Positions 37,124 through 48,435 of a DNA stretch of 64,000 bases are shown in pieces. The first letter of the stretch is position 1. Each line of letters opens with the position of its first letter. The notes under the pieces are model-generated. The model did not search any database and was not told the origin of the DNA. It worked only from the letters and a program-made list of their open reading frames with translations. The stretch comes from Raillietiella orientalis. Taxonomy: Eukaryota. The translations under genes and the position numbers were made by a program. Location of the stretch: positions 3,286,001 to 3,350,000 of the forward strand of contig JAYWIR010000001.1 in assembly GCA_036172245.1 (NCBI GenBank), read 5' to 3'.

Positions 37124-38280
37124 CTGGAGGTACGGACTGTAAATCCTGTAGTCAATTTTAATTTCCAACAGCCCTCCTTGCACGCAACACGCCGCAACGC
37201 TGAGGAACTCCAGCAGCTACAGCAGCCCAAGAAGCTGATTTCCACAAACGGAAGCTACCGTTTCCAGGAGGAGGAGAGGCTCTCACGAACGCATTTTTCT
37301 AATGCATATATTTCAGGACCAGACATACAAGGTACACAGTTGTAGACTTCTATTTTTATTGGAGACTTTTCCATGTTGCGTCGATGACAAACTTCTCAGG
37401 ACATCTGTTGGAATCTGGACTTGGGACGATCTTTTCCAGTTCTGAATACGAAGCGTTGAGAAATGCGATACAGAAACATCAGCACCAGATCTGCTCATGG
37501 GCAACAGCAACAAAACAGCTCAAATCATACTAAAAGCTACTAATTTTTTTTTTTTTGTTGCTTATGAACATTCGAGACATCAGTTACTGTAATTGAAATC
37601 GCGGTTCGTCGAGAGTTAAAAAAATGCAACAAATGCGTTCCTTGTGAAAGAGTGCACTCGGAACAGGCACGTTCTGCAAGCAGCACTCGGGGAAACTTGA
37701 AGCTCCAGCCGCAGCATCGCAACCGGCCGGAGCACCAATCGAGTCATCATCATTTACGTGATGAACAGCCCGTAGGACCGCCTTACGGGAAGGACTTTTT
37801 GGCCATCGTCGTGCTCGTGAGATGAGCCATGCGATGATCACGGCCTTCAATCCACCAGGAACCACTCGTGTACACAGAATCCATCCATCTCCCTTTCCAT
37901 TCCTCTCCAGATGTGAGTTATCATCCCTGTGTTTACTTGCTATTTATTGTCGCTTAACCTTCCTTCGTCCTTAACATAGGTACTATGGTGCAAAGTCCCT
38001 TCCTTCATTGGGACTCTGTATCGTAATGAATAAAGGATGACGCCCCGGTCCGAGAGGATCCTGATACGCACAAATATCTAGGACAAGTCTATTGCAGTCG
38101 CATTCCTCAGCAGACCAGACGCTTACTCGATCGGTCCGCTCATCGGACTGAGGTCTTTCTCCTTCGCAAAAGCTAAGTGCCAAAAGCACACTCTTTGTCC
38201 TAGCCTCGTCCACTTTCAGAAGACACATCCTCCCTCTAACTTTTATTCTGAAAGTAAGGCTTTAAAATAACTTGTCTGCA

Positions 38281-38546
38281 TTTTTTTGTGCATCAGGATC
38301 CCTCCGGAATGGGAGGGTTCTCTCCTTCACAACCGGAGGGGAGCTTCCACCGCTTGATTACTGGAAGGAGCCGGAGATCGACTCCCATTTGTCCCGGTCC
38401 TCATAGGGGGCATCCGGTTTCAACGGCTCCCAGTGCCGCACTCGGATGAATGCAGGCCAACCAGCGTCATCTTGCGGGATGAACCCGCGACGCTTGGAGG
38501 TGCCACGCGCGGAGGCCACCGTAACCACACAGCCTCCGACGCGGGC
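38281..38546 (-). mobile_element. SINE-like family, short copy G
   Basis: Head shares GCCTCCGACGCGGGC exactly with copy D and GAACCCGCGACGCT and GCGTCATCTTG with copy F. Ends in an A-run on the minus strand (~38281-38287). Confidence 0.7.
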
Positions 38547-39328
38547 GATGACAAGCGAAGTTAAGATCATCATCGACGGACTTTTCCTGATTTTATCAAA
38601 AAACTTAATACAATGCTCGTCTCGAGAACAGAAACTTTAGCAGCATAGCAGCAAGCATTGCAGTTTCTCGTTTTCATCTAAATAGAAGCGAAAGTAAGGA
38701 CTACCTTATGGCCACTTTCTAAAGGAGCACATTCTCACATGAGTGCGGCAAAGACAACGTTATGTAAGACGTTCGTAAAACTTACAGTTGATGCAAGTGA
38801 AAAACGCATAGAAGAGACGTATTTGTCTGATTAGGAGAACCAATCCTAAGGAACCCCTTCTGAGAACGCGCATGAGAAATATACGAAGTTGGAAACGGAA
38901 GAAAGGAATAGACAAGACATGAAGAGAAATTCAAAGTGCACATAGAATCATGAGAAGAAGGGAAAAAATTAATGAGGTTGCGAATTTCCGCTTTAACTTG
39001 GGTTTTTCAATGTTCTCGCAGGAGGCAGGGACCCCATGTGAGCAGAGATCTGCGCACCCTTCTGTCGACATTTTTGTACAGAATTTCTGCCAGGGTTGTA
39101 ATCAGGAACGATTTATTCCTTCCCCATTTTCATATAGGGAGCACCACTGCTCAGTTCACTTCGACATGAGAAGAAAAGTGGACCAGGATCTTTGAACTTT
39201 ATGTATGCAGGCTTCCGCGTACTCCACAGTAGCAGGAAGCTCGAGTGGTGTGTTTCAATTGTGGAGTGTGGAAGACCACAGTCTTCAATAGTGTGACACA
39301 TAATCAAACCTGCACTATTATCCAGACA

Positions 39329-40395
39329 TTTTTTTTTTTTTTTTAAAGGCCAGTAACGACCTCACGAGGAGATCGTTTCTATTGGCCTAGGATGATGGAA
39401 ATCCTTGGGTCCTTCTTTTTTCTTCTGTCTTCGCTGTTTTTTCCTTCCAGATTATTTTTTTTTGTGGGCTTTTTTTTTTTTTTGGTCCGCTAAGTACCTC
39501 AGAGTCGGTCGCGTGCCTCGCGGCGCACGTGGCTCTTTAAACACACTGTTTAGTTTCCACGCCACTCCCCTGCGACAACCCGCAAGGGGGTGTGTAATTC
39601 TTCAGGACAGGGGGAACCCCGGGATGGGGATCCGCCCTGTGAATCCAAGAAGGACTCGGAGTCCGTTCCTCTCACGCTCGGGGAGGGATCACCTCCGGAC
39701 GGGGGGGGGATCGCACTTCCCACCCTGGTTGTCTCCGAAGGGGAACCGCGAAGGGAATCTCCTTCCTCATTCTCTCCGGAGGGACCACCCCCGAAGGGGG
39801 GGGTGCTCCTCTCCACTTCAACTTCTTCGAAGGGAACTCGGAAAGGATCCGCTAGTAGGGATTTCTTCTCCGGAGGGAACCCGCAAGGGAACCGCTCCTG
39901 TTCACTCCTCTGAAGAGAACCCCGAAGGGACGCTCCCGAAACTCAGAAGGGGCGCTGCAGCTTCCCGCAGGGAATCGCTCTCGCTTGCTTCCTTGCACTC
40001 TTTGAAGAGGCGACGACTCGGAGGGTCCCCCGCAATTGGGGGGTCCGCTCCTTTAAACAACTGGAGAGGTGCCCGTGAGGGCTCCTGCTCCATCTTGAAA
40101 CCGAAAGTGGTCCCCCGGTGAGGGGGGTCCGCTCTCCGTTGCACGACAGGAGGGGGAACTCCCCAGTCCTTGATTCCTGGAAGGACCCGAAGGTCGACTC
40201 CCATTGTTCCGGCCTTCATCGTGCCACGCCCGAATGTCTCTGCCAACCAACGCCATTGCAGGAGAAAATCGGAACCCAACGACACAGTGACGTCAGTTTC
40301 TGCAGAAGTATTCCATCCCGCGACGCATGGTGCCACGCACGGAAGCCTTAACCACAAAGCCTCCGACGCGGGCTTTAAAAAAAAAAAAAAAAAAA
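39329..40395 (-). mobile_element. SINE-like family, full-length copy D with target-site duplication
   Basis: Flanked by TATCCAGACATTTT at 39319-39332 and 40396-40409. tRNA-like head GCCCGCGTCGGAGGCTTTGTGGTTAAGGC, 5-6 internal ~45-bp repeats (~39730-39960), conserved 3' block, terminal hairpin (39347-39388) and A16 tail. Confidence 0.8.
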
Positions 40396-43300
40396 TATCC
40401 AGACATTTTGGATCCTGTGGACAGTAGAGCAGATGAATGGAACGCCAAGGCTGGCGATACTTTATTTTATCGTGGACTTTTCAGAACAGCCCAGGAGAAA
40501 TTCAGTTCGGTTAAGAGACTATGATAACTGAAGAATGTTTCCGGAATTGAATCTGCTATCTTTTCTTCAAACTGTTGTCTGCAAGCTGCAGGCACTTTTG
40601 GCATTTGCAGGGATATCTCAAGGGATGCCAGGTTAACGAAGTTTTGACATGCAGCTCAACAACACAGGCGCCGGATCCCATTACCTTAGTTTATCGGGAA
40701 AGGGGCAAAGGTCGAAAATTGGAGCGCATTTTCCCAAGTTTGTTTCCCCTTGAGTTATTATTTGTCTCTAAATTTATTTTATTTTTTTTTCAAATATGAA
40801 AGAAATGAATTCAGAAATGAATCGGGCCACGCTGAATGCAAAAATTTTAAATGGCTTGTGCCCACTTGTTGCAAATTCAGTTGGAGGGCTGCCAAGCTGC
40901 AGAGTTTCTGTCGTAAAAACTACGAATCATCAGCACGCATCTTCAAAAAGCATTATCTGAAGAACTTTTCGAGAACATCCAAAGACAATTTTCTTAAAGG
41001 AAACATCGTTCAGGAACAAAAACTAATCTCTGGATGTTGTGGTGACGTTGGAGAAGGCAATTATTTTTTTCCTCGTTGGACATCAGAATAACCTTATTTC
41101 CAATACTCTCGTAGTTATTATGCAAGGAAAGCCGTTTATTTTTATTTTTTTTGCAGTATATTCCCATTGCTGCAGTCTGTTCTCTACTTCTCTTTGAAAG
41201 TCGAATGCTATTCTTCTTTTCCAGCTTAGATTGAGTGAATTGTGTATTGAGAAGGAGGTATTGATAATAAATCTAACAAAAGCCGATGTTTGTTTGGTAA
41301 AGCTCCAATGATGGCCGTGTGCTACTTCAGAATAGATGGCTTATTTAAAGGCATAAGTAACTATGTAATAAATAATGTACATTCGAGGAGAAATAATAAA
41401 TAAAGAGAGATAATGAATAAAGTTAGTTGAAATAACGAAACACGTTGGGTAGGAAACGTACTTAGGATGATGTTTAAATGAAAGTTCTTATAAGTCATTC
41501 CCCCATTGCATAGGGGGGTGCATTTCAGGATTGTGTAGATAAAAGTAAAAATAACCGCAATGAGTGAATGCAAAAAAAAAAAAAAAAAAGGCAAGAAATA
41601 CTCAAAGAAGTGATACAGATTTCTTAAGTGTAAAACTAGGAATTCAAGCCATGTAGGTCGCACAAAATTGCTTTTCTAAATTGTCCAAATGTACTGCTTC
41701 CTAATTTAGTGAGAGCAGCGCTTCACCCGATATAATGGATTATTCAAAAGTCACTCCTTGTGGAAAAAAAAAAGAAGAGAAGAGAGGTTCTCAACTTCTC
41801 CGGTAAATGATGAACGCATGTGCACCGGTTTGAAAGTCGAAGATTTTGATGCCTTGAAAAACGTCCCAATTTCAATGGGCATGAGAATGCACGAAAAAGA
41901 CTCTAAAAGGGAACACTTATAATGATGAGTGCTCCTTCTTTGGGCAGATCCGCAACAGCAATCCTAAACAAGAACTTTGCAATGGAAGAATATTGGAGAC
42001 TGAAAGGAGTTTTCCTTTTGAGGATCCCTAGTGAAATTAATTATAGAAGTAAGATTCCGGGTAGAGAAATGTTTGTGGTATGAATATCTGACCGTTCAAG
42101 TGTAAACCAGTCTTTGGGATTCATGAAAAAACCTGCTCCCAGATAGAATTCCAAGTCTACCAATAGTCCCGAGAGTTTTGGAAAAAAATTGAATAGCTAT
42201 TTCCGAAATCGATTCCACGCAGCCTTTTGTAGAGGTCGAACCTTTTGGTCAATTACACTCTTTGATGAAAGGAAAAGATGCAAACAGTGGTTAAAGAACT
42301 ATTCCCACATTAGAATACCAGGTTGGTTATTTTGTGGGTCTCCTCTGGTCGAACATATTGTCTCCAAGATGTATCAGATTAGAGGGGATATTAAAGGGAA
42401 CACATTACAAATCAGAAATTCAGATATGACCTTTGACTCAGTGTTCTCCCTCTCGCTGAACTCTTTCTAAAGCTCGGGACTCAATCAATCACAGCAATGC
42501 AGACCACAACGCCTACAGCAAAAAGATGAGCAGAGTGTAGCCGCAAAATTAAACAGCAGAGCTTTAAGAACTAACGCACGCTCTGCTTCTCCTCAGACAT
42601 GAAAAAAAAAAAAAAAAAAAGTCTTTAAAACTCCTACCGAAAAGAGTTCCAGTTTCTTTCGGACACCGTTCAATCTACCTCAGTCCACATACCTGGGGAA
42701 TCGCGACTGTGCAAATGGGCATCGCTGACTCCAAATACACACATCCGGAGGGTGCATCGTATGATAGATCGGGACCACACGATCTTTTTCAGAAATACAG
42801 TCGATTCAAAGCCGTACATCATCAGACTAAGCATTCGAACTGCCTTTTGCACCATGAGATAGGTAGGGATGTAACTCAGCCTCCGCATCCAACATCGGTC
42901 CGTAAAAATGCGCCGATTTGTTCACACCAACCAACATATGCACTGAAAAATGCAATTTCCGGTTTATCGTTGGGACTGCAACCACCAACAGCTCGCCTGT
43001 TGCATGTGTGTAGCTTAAGATTTAAGAGACACCGTGGGCGGTGGACAATCGTGTTAACGGTTTTCGTGATCAATGCCGGACTGGCAAGCCATACTTGAAA
43101 GTTTTTCGATCTATGTCATTAGAGATCGGATACGGTTCTTGCAGCCAGCGGAGCCAAAAAAAAATCTTTCTCGGCTTGCCCTAGAAATCACATAAAAACA
43201 GCTACTCGAAACATATTTCCCGTTTTACAGCATTATTGGATTCCCTTCATATCGCTAAAGACAGGTTAGAAGCTCTAAGAAATTCAATACATTAAACATA

Positions 43301-44213
43301 GTAAGAGTCAAGAGTTTGCTCGAATCCGAGTACCTCCAAAGACACACTAACTCGTCCCCTAGTAATTCATGAAGATATTTTCCAAACTATTAAGTAAACG
43401 GTCGACAAAATATGGTGCATTTAATACTTTTAGAAGGAATGCACGTTTTATGCAATCTCTTCAAGTTGGTCCCACTTGAGACTTTCGAGATGGTGGAGGC
43501 TGCTTCCAGCAGCACCTGACGTTTATTTTGGGCACACGGAAAGAAAAAAGCTTAGAGCAATGCCAAGAGTTTGACCCGTTTTCAAGTATGCTTCCCAGTA
43601 AGCTGAAATGAGATCGCCAGCACTCAGGAACACAAATATCACTTCGAAGTGGATCGCAAACTTCTACTCGTTTGGAGACGAAAAAGTAAAAAATCACAAT
43701 GTAGCAACTCCTCAAGTGAATGATGAGTCACATCTAAAGGCAGAATTATCCAATGAAAACTTTATTTCCTATAATAAATATGAATTTTACACAGTATCCT
43801 CCACTGACGTATTTTTCTTGTTTAATACATTTAAAGTACAATTAACTGCCATTTCATAGTCTTAATCTTGAAAATACTTGGGAGAATTTTCATTTCTACA
43901 GTTACGCCATGCTTATTTTATTTAATGCAGAGTATTAACGAATACAAATCTGGGCAACCGGCATCAATCTGGATGATCATTCAAATTGTTGGTACTCCAT
44001 ATCTGCATCATCACATTGAGTCTCAAAGTACATGCTACCTCTTCAATTTCAGACTCATTATATAATTGGAACCATCAATAACCTTCAACTATTGCCCTCA
44101 TGCAATACAAATTAAGAATAAACAGATTATCATGGGCAATCATCTGCATGTGCTGCTCTTAGACAATTGGGTGTACATGTCATTTTTGATTATGTAGATG
44201 ACATTCAGCCATT

Positions 44214-47200
44214 CTACATTTGTGTATTTGATTTGTTCTCTTCTCGTGCCTGATTACTTTCAGGATTTTCAACATGAAGTGCTCTACATTTTGGATGACC
44301 CAACTTCCTTGCAGGAATAGCAGCAAGTAGAGCATCACCCCATGACATGCCTGCTGCTATGTTTAACATAATAGCAAATACTGCAAAATCTAAAATCTAA
44401 CTGTCATTGTGATTTGTGAACTTACCTTGATCAATTGTCAGGACTTTGTTACCTTTTAAGTGCATATGAGCACTAATAGGCAAATGAGCATGCTTAACTT
44501 CATATTCTTTGGCTATCTTGTGACACACACCACGATGCTGGTTATGATCCACAAGTCCACCTATAATATACGCGCTCCCTTCTTGAATATCATTCAAGGC
44601 ACAATCGGATTCACTACTCAAGTAAACTACTTGATGTTGCTCAAAAATTTTGCTCCAATGCTCTACATGAAGTTTGACCTACATAATTTCTCTTGAAATA
44701 GTTTAATGTTAACTCACATCCCAATGTTGGTAACCAATTATTTTCTGCATCACTTTTTCAGCATCTTGGTCGACACTGGTCAAATGAAATAAAAGCGGAG
44801 AAACAGCTCTCCTGTTAAGGCTGTAGCAACGTTGAACTTGTTTTACACACTTGTTACTATCCTTAATTAATAAATTGATATCAAAATTTAAATTTTTCGT
44901 CTTTACCTTTTCAGACATTATGGGAAAAAAAGACAAGTCAATTGCCAAGTGAGTTTTGCAATTTGTATTGGCCATTCTTCTAAGTTTCAAAAAATGGCGA
45001 CTAGGTGGAAGTTGAAGATTCATTTGCTTGGCCTGCTGAAGTTTTTCTTTTCTTTTCTGCTTTTCCCTTTTTCTGTACGTGAATACATCATTATTTCATG
45101 CTATTTTCCAACTTTTTCAATGAATTAAAATATGCATCATTTTTATACATTTTCTGTATGTAAAATAATGAAGTGCCAACTCATTTATTACATATGAAGA
45201 TGCATAGAATGGTGCACTATAAATGATACAAGTCTAAGTGAAGTTCAATGATATTAGTTATATATTGCTTCCTAGCCTTTTGAGAATGAGAAAATGAGTA
45301 ACACCTTTCAATACTAACACTGAAAACAACACTGTTAGAAAATAAGAAGCTAATGATTTTTTCACGCATATTTTTTTGAAAAACTTCGAAACTTGCAAAT
45401 ATATTATCTATTATTGCTTCCTCACACACATGGTTTGCATCACCTGTACTCCAAAACAGTTTCACATAAATTTTCCTAAATGAATTTTCATTTATTTTCA
45501 GTGGGCTCAGCTTTGTAGCTGCTTTTTGAGTGATAAAAGTTTCCATGTGAGATATCTTTCATCCACTATTTATGAAATCCATTGTTTCATAGCATTTATA
45601 CGTATTTATGTGCTTTCGTTGTTCATGAAAATGACATCAGTTTCCAGTGTTTATTTGCAAATCTATAGACATCTGATGTGGATGATTTATATTTTCCATA
45701 TGGAATTACATTGAACTTCTCCCTATCCCCTCCCAATGTCCACAAATTTACAATAATTCATGTTGACCACACTTTACACCACTAATTACAAATAATTCAC
45801 TCAATTGGCAGAAATGAAATTCACTAAGTACATGAAATCCAATGCTGATTCTTATAATTTAGAGAAAATAGCATGTTCCCAAAAATCCTACTCAAAATAA
45901 GATTCTCACAGAGACATCAAAAGTAAAGTGAATGCCAGTGCTCTACCTATGCTCAAACATAAACAATCAACCAAACATCAGAACATCCAACCATACAACC
46001 AACCAAACATCACACAATGGGACAAAAGCCCCATGTGCCATTCAAATGAGTTTTCTGCAAAACACCAGATGTAAAACTAATTACAGAACTTTCTGATTTG
46101 AATATTCTTTTTGGGGAGGGGGGTTTTCAAGTGGATATAATAACCACAATTACAACTATGGAAAAAAATTCCGACACTTTTTATATTCATATGCTAATTT
46201 ATTCCATGCTTTTATGATGCAAATTTACACTTTCACTTTACACTACTGAAATGGGAAATTGGTCAACTGCATTATTTTTGAACAATAAGGAACAACTTTT
46301 GGTTGTATAATAATGGTTAACCAACTTTTACCTTGAAATGTGTGCAAAGTTTTTTATTGTGCTTTCTGGAAAAATACACCAATTTTTCCCCAGTATTTGC
46401 TTAAAATATTGAATCTTTCAAATTATCTTTTCAGATGATTAGTATTTTTTTTTATATCTAATTTTGCAGCTATGCGCTTTGATTATTTCATCTGACCCAA
46501 TATCCATAAAAATAACAGCAACGTGAATACTCATTTCTTGCTATTCCCAATACATTAAAATCAACATCATTTACTGTTAAGTTATTACTAATAAACAGGC
46601 AATCTTTGAATGTTCTTTTGCATTGTAAAAAAATGAGAAAAAGCTATAAAAAAACATTTCAGGAATACAATGAGCTATTTTCTGAATCCTAAATTAATTA
46701 TTAGGCTTCATTCTTGTTAGAAAATGATCAAAGTTAAAAAAATTAAGAGGCTTTAAAAAAATCTTAAAAGCGTAGAACTGATGGTTTTTTTTGGGGGGGT
46801 CTCCATTGTCTCTTTGAAAGTTTAGTGTACAAACATTCTTAACCATTTGGACTTTTTACTTGAATTTCAAGCATGATATTAAGGAATTTCAGTTTTTGAG
46901 TCTGGCTGAGAAGTTTAGAGTGCTCACAGTTTTTCTCAAAAAATTGGTCTGTTTCATGTTCCACACTAAAATCTCTTGGCTAATTTGCTCCAAGGTGCTA
47001 GACTTTGACAGCGTATGATAAATGCAAAATTCCTGATATTCTTAAGCAAGTATCTGGTATTATTATATCAAAAAAAAAAACGATATAGAATTTCTAAAAA
47101 TTTTCTTATATCAATATTTCCATCTTTTCAACATTCTACTTATTTAAAGATTGCAATAATTCTTAGTTTTCTACACACTAGTGTAAACAAAAACGAAACT

Positions 47201-48435
47201 CACTTAGGCACAAATGGTTCAATTAAAAACGGTTCACATACTCCAGTGTAAGACAACCATTATGCAATAAGTTTAGCATAATATTCTTTCCTTATCACTT
47301 TAAAAACTGTATTATCTGCAAATCAAAATTCAAACTTCTATATGGCCACATGCGTACATTCACTATCCTTTGAAATGTTTTAAAACCAAATACAAAGTAC
47401 ATAAAATGCTCACAACTATACAATGATTATTGCATTCATTCCAATTTCATAGAAAATGCTACAATAATACACAAGGAAGTGCACAAATTAATCATGGAAT
47501 CAAATTCAAATCACTACCAATACGTCATGTCCTTTGAATGCACCTATGAGAAAAACACAAACCTGAGAATATTTGCTCAATGTGTACCCATGTCTGAAAG
47601 GAATCAGAAAATCAATCTACGGAAATGGCCAATTTGAGAATTTAAGTAGAATACATAAAAATCTGAAAACGCTAGAACAAAACTAAATCTAAATCTGTAA
47701 AAAATTTCTGGCACTGAGGGCTAAATTTAAAGTATTGGCTGCACTGCTCAATATAATTTATGAATATGAAAAAAAGAACTTTGAAGTTAGTTTGACTTCG
47801 TTGAAATCACATCAAATGAAGTAATAGTTAAGTAAGACAGTAGGTGATGCACAAAACCTGGTACACAGAGCTTACAATTGATTCCAATAACCTATACTGT
47901 TACCAGTTAGTATGATTATTATTGCAGAATGTTTAGAGTTCAACAGAACCAAATGTCACTGCAAACTGCAATTCCAACACGTGAGCAAAAAACCTCAAAC
48001 ATAAAATTAGTCAATCTGTTTTCTCTCAATCAAAACTTTATAATACAGCAGCTAACTGGTTACCCAATTAATGTCGTACATTAAAATTATAAACCAGCAG
48101 TTACAAGTTAAACAGATACCAAATATGCCTATTACATGACCTTATCACATAAATACACAGGACATATCTTATTAAGAATTTCCGGAAGGTTTAAAACCAA
48201 TCTCTAATCCCACCTTCTCATACACTTTGCAACAGATGCAAAACATTAGAATCTTTCTTAATACTTCACATGAAATCCACATGAATACCATTTTCTCATA
48301 CCTTCGCTCTAATTTTGTTTTCTGCCATAAAATATCTTTTTCCAGCCTTTTCTGTTGCCTTTTGGAAAGTTTATGTTCACTAGTGTTTATGTTTTGTTCG
48401 TTTACGTCTTCAACACAGTAATTACTGTTATCCAT
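44214..48435 (-). CDS. TRMT10A: tRNA (guanine-N1, m1G9) methyltransferase Trm10/TRMT10A-like; exons 48435-48302, 45072-44907, 44861-44718, 44678-44426, 44380-44214 (287 aa)
   Basis: Five exons splice in frame (864 nt) with GT-AG introns of 3229, 45, 39 and 45 nt. Motifs LSKRQQKR..W, IDLSF, KQVQRCYSLNRR, VYLSSES, YIIGGLVDHN, LPI, VLTIDQVF, W..ALL.AIPARK. Confidence 0.94.

Noticed and set aside
39500-39600. Self-cleaving ribozyme (HDV-like, twister or hammerhead) in the family's conserved block
   Set aside because: Only short motif resemblances (CCTCGC, TAACACTG). I could not build the required pseudoknots or a CTGATGA...GAAA core; an Infernal search would settle it.
37051-48435. Functional linkage between tRNA-Lys and TRMT10
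   Set aside because: 7 kb apart in a eukaryotic genome with dispersed tRNAs; no evidence beyond proximity.
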